A stretch of 64,000 bases of DNA from Candidatus Brocadiia bacterium (lineage in GTDB: Bacteria; Planctomycetota; Brocadiia; SM23-32): contig JBKHIT010000023.1 in assembly GCA_046538485.1 (NCBI GenBank), positions 1 to 64,000 on the forward strand, given 5' to 3'. The position numbers and the translations under genes are program-made. Positions 8,791 through 18,349 of the stretch are shown here, piece by piece. Positions within the stretch are counted from its first letter, which is position 1. Every line of letters starts with the position of its first letter. The notes under the pieces are model-generated. The model worked only from the letters and a program-made list of their open reading frames with translations, ran no database searches and had not been told where the DNA came from.

Positions 8791-10344
8791 TCAGAGCTCC
8801 AGGTCGCCGAGATCCATGTCAATATCGAGGTCGCCTTTGGGGGCAGGCAGAACATGGGACATATTGGGATAAAGTTCTTCGTAGGCAAGCTGGTAAGGTT
8901 CATACATCTCCGTAATTTCGTCTCTCGGTATGTAAATGGCGGGTTCGGCCTTGTCGAGTTGATCGGCAAGCTCCAGCATGTCGAGATCTGTTGCTCCAAT
9001 GTGGGCCAGCAGAGCAGCACCAAATGCCGCATCCCGTTCTTTCGGGAAGACAGCAATAGGTTTTCCCGCGATGTCGGCTTTGAGCTGAGACCACACGATG
9101 CTTTGGGAACCGCCCCCACAGCTGCGCAATTCTTCGACTTCCAGGCCTGCGCGTTCTGCGATGCGGACGTTTTGGGCGATAGCGTAAGCCGTTCCTTCCA
9201 TGACCGTTTTAATGATCTCCGGCCGCGTCGTCTCCAGGGTGAGGCCGACCATTGCGCCGCGGGTCTCATCATCCCAGACCGGTGCACGTTCTCCGGCCAT
9301 ATAAGGCAAAAAGAGGAGACCGCTGGGACCTTCAGGTAGTGATAGCACTTCTCGTTGAATCAAATCGTAGACTGAGACATCGCTGTCTTGAGCTTCCTGG
9401 AGTTCACTCTGACACAGGGTATTTTTGCACCATACGAGGCTGGCGCCGCCGGCAGACATGGGAGCATGGTTAATAAATGCGCTTTCAACCACATGGAGGG
9501 AGACCCCGAGTTCGAAGGCATTTGATGGTTTTTCGGAGATCATTCCTATACCGCCGGACGTACCGCTGACTTCGAATGCGCAACCGGGCACAACAGCCCC
9601 GGTAGCCAGTGCTGCACAGGCCGTGTCCAGTCCGCCGGCTACCACTGGAAGATCGGGCGGAAGCCCACAGAGCTGAGCTGCGCGCCGGGAGACTTTGCCA
9701 ATCACTCTGGTAGGCGGAACGACGCGGGGGATTTTCTCGACCGGGAATTCTTTCCAACGGCACATGTCCCGATCCCACTCCAGGGATTTTGCGTCGCGGG
9801 GATAGCCGATCATGTTTGAGTGGTCGGCGGAGATATCACCGCATAAACGTTCATTTATGAAACCATTGGCCGTTAAAAACCAACGTGTTTTTCGCGACAC
9901 CCGGGGTTCGTTCTGGAAGAACCAATTGATTTTCGGCCAGACGAGAAAGGTGCTCGGAGGCCATCCAGTAACTTTTCTGACTTCCTGTCTGCCGAATTGT
10001 TCGGTGATCTCACGTGTCTGTTTAAGGCTTCGGGTATCCTGCCATATGATAGCTTTGCGGATGGGATTATTTGATCGGTCAACAGGGAGCAGAGGAGTGC
10101 TTTGAGAACCGACCGCAATGGCTTTTACGCTTCTTGCAGAGACCTCGTCCATGATTTTGTGTGTCGTCTGGCGAAACGCTTTCCACCAAATAGCCGGGTC
10201 TATTTCGGCAAACCCTGGTTCCGGGCGTTCTATTTTATAGCTGACCTTGGCCTCAGCTACGGACTCAGCCTCATCAGTGACAGCACGGACCCTGCATCCT
10301 GTCGTTCCCAGGTCGACTCCGATTGTGATACTGGTGCCGGGCAT
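8791..10344 (-). CDS. FGGY-family carbohydrate kinase (xylulokinase-like)
   Basis: GVDLGTT, WQDTR, SGTS, FLPYMAGERAP, GGGSQS; exact substrate not determinable. Confidence 0.92.
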   Translation of the reverse strand: MPGTSITIGVDLGTTGCRVRAVTDEAESVAEAKVSYKIERPEPGFAEIDPAIWWKAFRQTTHKIMDEVSARSVKAIAVGSQSTPLLPVDRSNNPIRKAIIWQDTRSLKQTREITEQFGRQEVRKVTGWPPSTFLVWPKINWFFQNEPRVSRKTRWFLTANGFINERLCGDISADHSNMIGYPRDAKSLEWDRDMCRWKEFPVEKIPRVVPPTRVIGKVSRRAAQLCGLPPDLPVVAGGLDTACAALATGAVVPGCAFEVSGTSGGIGMISEKPSNAFELGVSLHVVESAFINHAPMSAGGASLVWCKNTLCQSELQEAQDSDVSVYDLIQREVLSLPEGPSGLLFLPYMAGERAPVWDDETRGAMVGLTLETTRPEIIKTVMEGTAYAIAQNVRIAERAGLEVEELRSCGGGSQSIVWSQLKADIAGKPIAVFPKERDAAFGAALLAHIGATDLDMLELADQLDKAEPAIYIPRDEITEMYEPYQLAYEELYPNMSHVLPAPKGDLDIDMDLGDLEL

Positions 10345-10629
10345 TTTACCCTCGTCCTTTCCTCGAAGGTGTTCTCAACAAGCCAGTCCCATGACATTCC
10401 GTCACTGGCTAAATTAAGGTTAACGTGCCCGACCGAGATCGTCAACTTGTTCTCGCACCGATTTTTGCCCGAGAATAACGGGGATGGAATTCAGCAAACC
10501 GGTACCAGGTAATTTGACCGGAATGGCTTCCTTTTATCGGTAGAGTCCGGGCTTTGTCTAAAACAATTTGCGGTGTGGAAAATTTCTGTTAAATTATGTG
10601 CGTGTAATCTGATACTCTCTAAGACGGAA

Positions 10630-11442
10630 GTGCTTGTTTTGACCTGCGATATTCACGCCCATTTGCATAACGAACCCGATTACGCGGATATGCTTGCGGA
10701 AACCGCTCAGGACCTCGGTTTTAACAAGCTGTGCATCAGCGGCGGGGAGTCGCGTTATGGGATGGCTTCGAATGATCAGGCTCTGGATGCGGCCGAGAAG
10801 TATCCGGGTTTATTTGTTCCTTTCGCGCAGATGAGGTTCGGCCGGGAACAGGCCGTTGATGTGGCGGAATTCAAAAATCGTGGATTCTTTGGGTTGCGGG
10901 TGAGCGCTCCGCCCGAACCGGTCGATTCGGCGCGTTTTTTCCCGCTTTATGAAGCTGCCTGCGCTCTTGAGATGCCCGTTTTGATCCACACCGGTTTCCT
11001 TCCTGTAACAGGGTTGGACAAATCTTTCGACGTGCGATGTCACCGCCACCGCCCGGTTTATCTGGACACAATCGCACGGCAATTCCCTGCTCTTAAGATT
11101 ATTGGCACTTCTTTGGGACAGCCCTGGTATGAAGAAGCAGCGGAAGTTTTAAGGTTACATACTAACGTCTGCTTCGATTTGTCCGGCAGCGCCATTGCAC
11201 GAAAAGGTGTTGCTTTTTTCCGATCTTTGCTTGGATCCGATACGAATGGGGTCATCGGGAATTATGAGGAAGGGACTGTTTGGTCGCAAATTGTTTTTGG
11301 TACTGGTGTGCATTATGGAGAAATCGCTTCAGTGGAACGCGATTATCAGAGACTGTTTCGGTCCCTTGCCTTATCCGATGAGACGGTTGAGGATATTATG
11401 GGAGGAAATGCTGAACGACTTGTCGGTGTGCTCGACTCATAG
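10630..11442 (+). CDS. Amidohydrolase_2 family metallo-hydrolase
   Basis: DIHAH, PVLIHTG, FDLSG, IVFGT, IMGGNAERL. Start uncertain (10573-10639). Confidence 0.85.
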   Translation: MLVLTCDIHAHLHNEPDYADMLAETAQDLGFNKLCISGGESRYGMASNDQALDAAEKYPGLFVPFAQMRFGREQAVDVAEFKNRGFFGLRVSAPPEPVDSARFFPLYEAACALEMPVLIHTGFLPVTGLDKSFDVRCHRHRPVYLDTIARQFPALKIIGTSLGQPWYEEAAEVLRLHTNVCFDLSGSAIARKGVAFFRSLLGSDTNGVIGNYEEGTVWSQIVFGTGVHYGEIASVERDYQRLFRSLALSDETVEDIMGGNAERLVGVLDS

Positions 11443-11504
11443 TAGTATGTAAGCGCCTTTTTAAGGCTTGTGTGTCTGCCATCTAGTGTAAACCATTCTG
11501 ATAA

Positions 11505-13505
11505 ATGGGTGTGATAGTGGACGGAAATGAGATAGAGATCGTGCAGGCGTGGGAGTTTACTTGTCCGGAAAGGGTCGTTTCTGTTGCAACCTCTGGACAG
11601 AGTGAAAGAACGGTCGTAACGGATGCGACTGGACAGAGCCATTTTCTGAAATCCGGAGGATCTGTCGCACAAACAGTGCCGATGGAAACTTCGATTATTG
11701 AGACCCGGGCCTCCGGAGACGGTCACGTTTTCGGCGTTCTGACCGAAGATGGCCAAATCGTGGGGCTTACACCAGAGGGGCAGGAAGCATGGACAGTCGA
11801 TGTCGCATCAGAGGCCTCCGCATTCCATCCCGGCCGATTTGGTCGGGAGGTGGCGGTTGTGAGCCCCCCCTTTGACATTGCGGTTTTAACTTGTGGAACC
11901 GGAAAAGTTGAAGCTGAAATAACCTGTAGTCACGGTGTCAAGAGTCTTTTTCTGCTTGATGATGGTGCCGGAGGGGTTGTCGCCGCGGGAGCGCGGGGAG
12001 AATTGAGCCGCTGGGATTTGAGCGGGGAACCGCAGTGGAATTACAATTTGGAAGCTGACTGTGGTCGAGTGGAAGCGTGTTACGGGGCCGAAATTATCGC
12101 ATTGCCTGCGACTGACGAGGGGATACAAGCCTTTTACTTCAACGGAGAGGGAGCGGGAGCGTTTGATCTGGGAGATCCGGTGACCCACGCCGGTGTAGCT
12201 CGGTCGGGAGAGAAGATATGGCTTGGTGTGGTATCCCAGGAAAAAAACATCGCCGTTATGGATCTCGAGGGGCTTATTTATTGGGAGTATAGCTTCGATG
12301 CTCCCATCGCGGATTTCTGTTTTTCCCCGGACGCGTCACTTCTCATCGTTGCGACAACTGATCGGAAAGTGGTGTGTTTCCGAGCTGTTGGTCCAGGCAG
12401 AGTTCCTGGTGGAGGAGTAGAGAATATTTCACCCACAGAAGCTTCTACGGTTGAAGAAACTTTTGAGGTGGAAGGAGCGGAAGCCCGTAAATACGTTGGT
12501 ATTGGTGCCCCAAGACCTAAAGGGGCAAGTCTCATCAGAAAAGAAGAGATGTCCGGCGAGATACTTCCAGAAGAGCTGAACGGTATTTGTGTCACTCCGG
12601 GTGGTGATTATGTGGGCATTGTCTGCACTGATGGTCACATAGTGGGCTTTAACAGAAGTGGGGAACTGGTTGCGAAATCGGATATCAAATACCCCGCTGC
12701 GATCTGTAAGAAACGCTCTGATGTTTGCCTCGCTGCTTGGAACTCCAGGAAACTGGTTGGATTGGAGCTGGGGGCGGCGACTTCCTGGGAACTTCCTCTG
12801 GAACCAGGGCCAGTGCGGGCAGCTGATTGCACCGAACGATTCGATCTCGTGGCGTTTGTGAATGAACAAGACGAGCTGGTTCTCGTGCGGAGAGATGGAA
12901 AGGAACTGGCTCGTAAAGTCGTTCAACCGGGGCCTACGCGGCTTTTCGCGGCGCCTACCGGGACTACTCTGCTGACGCAAGATGCGGAGGGGCGACTGCG
13001 TTTTTTCGATGCCCGCTGTAACCTTCAGAGAAAACAGCGAGTCGCCGGCAAAGAATCTTTCGATCAGATCGTTTTGGAAGATGGCTTTTGTGCTCTTGGA
13101 GGCTCGAAAGGCCGCGTTATTGTGCAGGATATGGGTGGAAATGTTTTATGGACAGACCAGATTATGAAGTCAATAAAACGCATGACATCACTCGAAAATA
13201 CACTCGCTATCTATGGCGGAGAAGATCGGTGCCTGGTTCTAAATCCATACGGGGAAATCGTCATTGAATTTGAACCACCACCAGGATTAAGCTTGATTCG
13301 AACTCCTCATGGTAAAGACCCTGTTCTATTGCACGCGAGACGAAACAGATTGACCTGTTACGGAGGGTATCACAGGAAACTTAATGCTCAGTGGAGTTTC
13401 CGGTGCGATGACAAAATAAGCGTTTTTGAAGCCGATAAGGATGCTCGTTTTGTTGCCATTGCGGCCGGGCCAAAGTTGTATTTTGTAGAAGGGCCGCAAG
13501 AATAA
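11505..13505 (+). CDS. Tandem beta-propeller (WD40/PQQ-like) protein
   Basis: Repeated G-x-x-x-W-x-hydrophobic blades in two halves joined by a low-complexity linker; no signal peptide. Confidence 0.8.
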   Translation: MGVIVDGNEIEIVQAWEFTCPERVVSVATSGQSERTVVTDATGQSHFLKSGGSVAQTVPMETSIIETRASGDGHVFGVLTEDGQIVGLTPEGQEAWTVDVASEASAFHPGRFGREVAVVSPPFDIAVLTCGTGKVEAEITCSHGVKSLFLLDDGAGGVVAAGARGELSRWDLSGEPQWNYNLEADCGRVEACYGAEIIALPATDEGIQAFYFNGEGAGAFDLGDPVTHAGVARSGEKIWLGVVSQEKNIAVMDLEGLIYWEYSFDAPIADFCFSPDASLLIVATTDRKVVCFRAVGPGRVPGGGVENISPTEASTVEETFEVEGAEARKYVGIGAPRPKGASLIRKEEMSGEILPEELNGICVTPGGDYVGIVCTDGHIVGFNRSGELVAKSDIKYPAAICKKRSDVCLAAWNSRKLVGLELGAATSWELPLEPGPVRAADCTERFDLVAFVNEQDELVLVRRDGKELARKVVQPGPTRLFAAPTGTTLLTQDAEGRLRFFDARCNLQRKQRVAGKESFDQIVLEDGFCALGGSKGRVIVQDMGGNVLWTDQIMKSIKRMTSLENTLAIYGGEDRCLVLNPYGEIVIEFEPPPGLSLIRTPHGKDPVLLHARRNRLTCYGGYHRKLNAQWSFRCDDKISVFEADKDARFVAIAAGPKLYFVEGPQE

Positions 13506-13529
13506 AAGAATTCGAGGAGACGCTGCTCT

Positions 13530-14024
13530 ATGCTTGTTGGCGTTCTCGCAGACAGCCACGATAATCTCACGATGCTGCAGAAATCATTGATGCAGCTCGA
13601 AGAGCGAGGGGCGGAGATGATTCTACACGCCGGGGATATTGTGGCACCATTCTCGATGAAATTGTTGCTTAAGCCCGGGCTTCCGTTTGTGGCGGTTTTT
13701 GGCAATAATGACGGAGAACGTGCAGGGCTGAAAAAACTTTGTGGTAATATTTATGAGCAACCGCATCGATTTGATGTGGGTGGCCGAACGGTGGTGTTGG
13801 CTCATGAGGAGGATGCCTTGAGCCGGGCACTGGATCCCGACGTCGAGATAGCTATTTGTGCGCATACACACCGCCCGAGTATCGATAGTACAGGCCCGTT
13901 GATGATTAATCCCGGAGAGGTGGGAGCGTGGCTGACCGGCCGTTCAACGGGCGTGCTGCTTGATCTTGACGAATGCAGCGCGGAAATTCTGGAGTTCGGT
14001 CGACAGGAGGTTCCCCAATTGTGA
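13530..14024 (+). CDS. YfcE/MJ0936-family metallophosphoesterase
   Basis: DSHD, HAGD, GNND, HTH, INPG motifs. Confidence 0.92.
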   Translation: MLVGVLADSHDNLTMLQKSLMQLEERGAEMILHAGDIVAPFSMKLLLKPGLPFVAVFGNNDGERAGLKKLCGNIYEQPHRFDVGGRTVVLAHEEDALSRALDPDVEIAICAHTHRPSIDSTGPLMINPGEVGAWLTGRSTGVLLDLDECSAEILEFGRQEVPQL

Positions 14025-14488
14025 GAACGGCGCATATGCTTGCTGCGGTGGTTGCTTTTTGCTGGATATGGACGACAGGGGGGTGCGTGGAAAGGAAAAT
14101 TAATATACGATCAACCCCATCAGGAGCGGATGTCTGGCTCGACGAAAACTATATCGGGGAAACTCCGGTACAATACTCTTTTGAACATTACGGGCGTCGC
14201 AGGATACGTGTGGGGCCTGTGCGCGACGAAAAAAAGCAAATCCAATGGAAATCAGTTGAAAGACTGGTTTCAATTAAGGCCCCCTGGTACGAATGTTTCC
14301 CGATTGATTTTTTGAGTGAGGTGGTGTGGCCAGGGCGAATTACTGATGAATACGAGTTTCAGTTCAGGCTGGAAAAGGCCCGGGAAGCCCCTGCTTATTT
14401 TGGAGCGGATCGAGCCGAAGAACTAAAAGATAAGGCTTCGCAATTCCGCGATAAAGCCCTGTCACCTGTCCCCGAACAGCAAGATTAA
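14021..14488 (+). CDS. PEGA-domain putative lipoprotein
   Basis: Hydrophobic leader and TGGC lipobox; IRSTPSGADVWLD..IGETP. GTG start overlaps the upstream stop, with AGGAGG at 14005-14010. Confidence 0.85.
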   Translation: MRTAHMLAAVVAFCWIWTTGGCVERKINIRSTPSGADVWLDENYIGETPVQYSFEHYGRRRIRVGPVRDEKKQIQWKSVERLVSIKAPWYECFPIDFLSEVVWPGRITDEYEFQFRLEKAREAPAYFGADRAEELKDKASQFRDKALSPVPEQQD

Positions 14489-14538
14489 ATCCGATATGTT
14501 GAGCAAAAAGAGCGATTCAGACCGTTGGAGGAGATACT

Positions 14539-15414
14539 ATGGCAGAGAAAATTACCGTTAAGTGTCCTGCATGCGGGAAACAGTTCAAAGCGCCCGCCGA
14601 ACTGGCGGGTAAAAAGGCTCGCTGCCCATGCGGCGAAATAATTGACGTGCCGCCAAAAGGGGATGGCGGAGAAAAAGCCAACTGGTTCTACTCTATGGAA
14701 GGAGACCAAAAAGGTCCGGTCTCTCTTTCGGAACTCAAAAAGTTGATTGTGTCGGGAGAGCTTGATACGGGAAACTATGTCTGGACGAACGGACTGGATT
14801 CGTGGCAGCCGGCCGAGGATGTGGAGCAGCTTTCGGATGCAATTGCAGAAGCACAGGCTGGAGGTGACCAGGCTACGGAATTACTTTCTGCCCTCGAGGA
14901 AGAAGATGAAGAGGTTAAAGGGGGAACGCAGCTCGGAAGTCGAATTGCAAAAGCTGCAGAGAAACGGGCAACAGGGGAGCCAAAGAAGGTTGAGCAGAAA
15001 AGTGAAACTCAGGCACGGACCTCAACCTCTAACGTTCAAAAAGATTCCCCTCAAACGGCTCCAGCGACAAAACAGGCTGCACCTGCTGTGTCTGGCCAGA
15101 CACAAAGCTCTAAAGCATCTGAAACGCCGAAAAAACGGGCGAAGCGGCCACTGGTCCTGGAAGTGCCCGCCTATACATTCGCGCAAATCGTCGGTGTCCT
15201 CGTGCTGATAATAGGCGCGGCAGGAATCGCCGGCGCGGTGGCGATGGTTATGATTGGTGTGGCCGAACAGACTCTGGAAGCGCTGTCGAATTATGCCATT
15301 GCCTCTTTCGCAGTGGGGGGGCTTTTTGTCGTGGGTGCGGTGATTATTTTGATGGCCAGAGAGATGGCTCAGGGAATTATTGAACTGAACGAGCGAGATG
15401 AGGAAAGTCGTTAA
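14539..15414 (+). CDS. Zn-ribbon + GYF_2 (DUF4339) + 2-TM membrane protein
   Basis: CPACG..CPCG; WFYS..QKGPVS..VWTNGLDSWQPA; two C-terminal TM helices. Confidence 0.88.
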   Translation: MAEKITVKCPACGKQFKAPAELAGKKARCPCGEIIDVPPKGDGGEKANWFYSMEGDQKGPVSLSELKKLIVSGELDTGNYVWTNGLDSWQPAEDVEQLSDAIAEAQAGGDQATELLSALEEEDEEVKGGTQLGSRIAKAAEKRATGEPKKVEQKSETQARTSTSNVQKDSPQTAPATKQAAPAVSGQTQSSKASETPKKRAKRPLVLEVPAYTFAQIVGVLVLIIGAAGIAGAVAMVMIGVAEQTLEALSNYAIASFAVGGLFVVGAVIILMAREMAQGIIELNERDEESR

Positions 15415-15422
15415 AAAGTAAA

Positions 15423-16181
15423 ATGTCTAAACCGGCGGGCCCAATGAACGATACTGTATCGATTGAGTGTGAAAAATGCGGCAGAGAATTGGAGATCCCC
15501 ATTGGGGAAACCGGTTGTACTATTCGCTGTAAGTGCGGTAATGTTATAGAAGTGGGAACTATCACCTCGCCCGATAGCCCGAGCGATGAGGAAGAAGAAT
15601 TTTTGTCGGCGGAAGATGTCGCCCGAAAGTGGTACTACGCCAGAGGCAAGCAACGTTACGGACCTGTATCTCTTGGTATGCTAAAAAGACTGACGGACGA
15701 GGGCAAAGTCCAGCTGAGCGACCTCGCCTGGACACGGGGGATAAGAGAGTGGATACCTATTTCCGAACTTTCGCAAATCGAACGCGAATTGCCCCCACCT
15801 CTTCCCAAAGCAGAAAGCGTTGAAGAACGGCGAGAAACTCCTGAGCAATCTGATAACCCCGGTAAAGTGCCTGAAAGGAGCTTGCAGAAGGGGACCGACG
15901 AACCCGGTGCACAAAAATTGGACGAGGGCGCAGAGCAACATCTAACGCTGGGTTTTCGGCTGGTGCGCGCGGTATCCTGGGGGGTAACGCTTTTCGGTGT
16001 GCTTTTGCTCGGGCTTGTGCATCTTTTGTTGCTGGGAGCTTTCCCGGATTTGGGACCAGCAACTCGGAGCGAACAACTCAAAGTCTGGCTGGCAGTGGGT
16101 GGATTTGCTTGCGTCGCGATCGGGCTCGTCTGTAACGTAGCGTTGCGAGTTTCTCAGATGGAAAAAGCGCTGACGAAGTGA
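15423..16181 (+). CDS. Zn-ribbon + GYF_2 (DUF4339) + 2-TM membrane protein, second copy
   Basis: CEKCG..CKCG; WYYA..RYGPVS..AWTRGIREWIP; two TM helices. Confidence 0.88.
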   Translation: MSKPAGPMNDTVSIECEKCGRELEIPIGETGCTIRCKCGNVIEVGTITSPDSPSDEEEEFLSAEDVARKWYYARGKQRYGPVSLGMLKRLTDEGKVQLSDLAWTRGIREWIPISELSQIERELPPPLPKAESVEERRETPEQSDNPGKVPERSLQKGTDEPGAQKLDEGAEQHLTLGFRLVRAVSWGVTLFGVLLLGLVHLLLLGAFPDLGPATRSEQLKVWLAVGGFACVAIGLVCNVALRVSQMEKALTK

Positions 16182-16214
16182 GCGCGGACGAAGAGTAACT
16201 CTGCGGCTACCTTT

Positions 16215-18314
16215 TTACCCAACACTCCCGAGGACCATCCTGTTTGAGTAGCGTTTGAGGACAGCTTTGCGCAACAAAACATGCCCGGAAGCTTCGAGCT
16301 GAGGGTCCTGTTCGACAATCCGAAAAGCGTCTTTGCGGGCTTGTTCCAGAACTTCGGGATCGGAAAAGTCATAGCACCGGAATTCCGGCATCCCGCTTTG
16401 TTCCGTTCCGAAAAGCTTTCCCGGGCCACGGATTCGTAGATCAGCTTCCGCAATCTCGAAACCGTCATCAGTTTCGCTCAAAACCTGAAGACGTTGTTTG
16501 GCTTCTTCGGTGGAAGGCTCAGCAAGAAGAAAACACAGACCTTCCGACTCACCTCGTCCTATCCGCCCGCGTAACTGGTGCAGCTGGGCCAATCCAAGCC
16601 TCTCGGCGTGCTGAATGATCATGACACTGGCTTCGGGGACATCAACACCGACTTCGATGACGGTTGTCGCTACCATCACTTCATAGCGGCCTTCCCGGAA
16701 ACCCGCCATGGCATCACGCTTTTTTTCAGGGGTCATCTGGCCATGGATGAGACAACATTCATAATTTGAGAATAAACCTGCCGAAAGCTTTTCATACCCC
16801 TCCGTGGCGCTCGTAAGGTCGATTTGTTCATTTTCTTCCACGAGTGGATAAACAACAAATAGACGTTCTCCCTTTTCCAGCCGCGACCGAGCTGTTTCAA
16901 ACGCTTTTTGCCAACGATATGGTGAGAAGACGTGCGTTTCCGTCTTTTTCCGTCCCGGAGGCATCTCGTCAATTGTGCTGACATCCATGTCACCGAAACA
17001 GGCTACAGCAAGAGTCCGTGGTATGGGTGTCGCGGTCATGATGAGAACGTCCGGCCGGGTCCCTTTTTCTTTGAGTGTTAACCGCTGTTCTACTCCGAAA
17101 CGATGCTGTTCATCGACAACGATCATGGACAAATTTTTAAAATCAACGTCTTCCTGTATCAATGCGTGTGTACCGACAACAAGGTCAACTCGACCAGAGG
17201 CAATATCTTTGAGGTGAGAGCGACGTTCAGCGGGGGAACTTCGACCGCTGAGGAGCATCGTACGCACATCTGCTTTTTCCAGAAGTGATTCAAGCGTGAG
17301 ATAATGCTGTTCCGCCAGAACTTCCGTCGGCGCCATTAAGGCTGTTTGGTATCCCTTGCTGCTTTCAGCGAGTGCTCCCAGCAGAGCGTAAACGGCAACC
17401 GCTGTTTTTCCGCACCCGACATCTCCCTGCAGCAACCGATTCATAGGGTTAGCCGACGACATGTCAGAACGAATTTCGTCGATGACACGTTTCTGTGCAT
17501 CCGTGAACTCGAACGGGAAAAGACGGCGGATACGTTTATCGACATTAGGCCCGATTTTAAATTGATAACCATCCGCCTGTTTTACGTGTTGCCTGTGAAT
17601 TGCCAACGCCGATTGGAAGACAAGCAATTCTTCATACGCAAGGCGATAGCGTGCTTTTTGGGCGGATTCCTTGTCGGGGGGAAAATGTACATTCCAAAGT
17701 GTCTCTGAAATAGGGGGGATATCCCTTTGGGCTCTGAGATTTTGTGGCACAACATCTTTTATTTGGGAAGCGGCCATCTCAAGAGAGGCACGGGTGAATT
17801 CCCGCAACCTTTTTTGATTCAGACCTTCGGTCGACGGATATATCGGGAGGATGGCTCCAAACTTTGTCGACTCTTCAGGGGTGACGCCAAGAGCGTAGTC
17901 GGGGGCTACCATCTGCGGTGTCCCGCGGTAAAACTTCAACTGTCCAAACGCCGAAATCTTTTTGTTTTCCGGAAAGGATTTTAGCCAGCCGTGCGTGGCA
18001 TGAAACCAGGTCAGAGAGATGATGCCGCTGTCATCAGCCACCTTTACTACCAGGATACCGCGTCGGGGATTGCGGGTTGGACGGAATTCAGTTTCGATGA
18101 TCTCACCGCAGACAACGGCCTCCTGACCTTCCTCCAATTCATGAATGGGGACTGCTTCTCGCCGGTCTTCGTAGCTGCGGGGCAGGTGGAACAGGAAATC
18201 ACGGATTGATTCAATGCCGAGGTTGCCGAGTTTTTCAGCGCGTTTAGGGCCCACCCCCTTCAGATATCGTACGGGCTTGGTAAGGATAGACTGTGATGGT
18301 TTGCTGCGAGTCAT
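16215..18314 (-). CDS. recG: ATP-dependent DNA helicase RecG
   Basis: LKGVGP, RLLQGDVGCGKT, DEQHRFG, MTATPIPRT, QLHQLRGRIGRG. Confidence 0.98.
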   Translation of the reverse strand: MTRSKPSQSILTKPVRYLKGVGPKRAEKLGNLGIESIRDFLFHLPRSYEDRREAVPIHELEEGQEAVVCGEIIETEFRPTRNPRRGILVVKVADDSGIISLTWFHATHGWLKSFPENKKISAFGQLKFYRGTPQMVAPDYALGVTPEESTKFGAILPIYPSTEGLNQKRLREFTRASLEMAASQIKDVVPQNLRAQRDIPPISETLWNVHFPPDKESAQKARYRLAYEELLVFQSALAIHRQHVKQADGYQFKIGPNVDKRIRRLFPFEFTDAQKRVIDEIRSDMSSANPMNRLLQGDVGCGKTAVAVYALLGALAESSKGYQTALMAPTEVLAEQHYLTLESLLEKADVRTMLLSGRSSPAERRSHLKDIASGRVDLVVGTHALIQEDVDFKNLSMIVVDEQHRFGVEQRLTLKEKGTRPDVLIMTATPIPRTLAVACFGDMDVSTIDEMPPGRKKTETHVFSPYRWQKAFETARSRLEKGERLFVVYPLVEENEQIDLTSATEGYEKLSAGLFSNYECCLIHGQMTPEKKRDAMAGFREGRYEVMVATTVIEVGVDVPEASVMIIQHAERLGLAQLHQLRGRIGRGESEGLCFLLAEPSTEEAKQRLQVLSETDDGFEIAEADLRIRGPGKLFGTEQSGMPEFRCYDFSDPEVLEQARKDAFRIVEQDPQLEASGHVLLRKAVLKRYSNRMVLGSVG

Positions 18315-18349
18315 AGTTCGCTTTCGAGTGGGTGCATTGCTGCCGAGAT

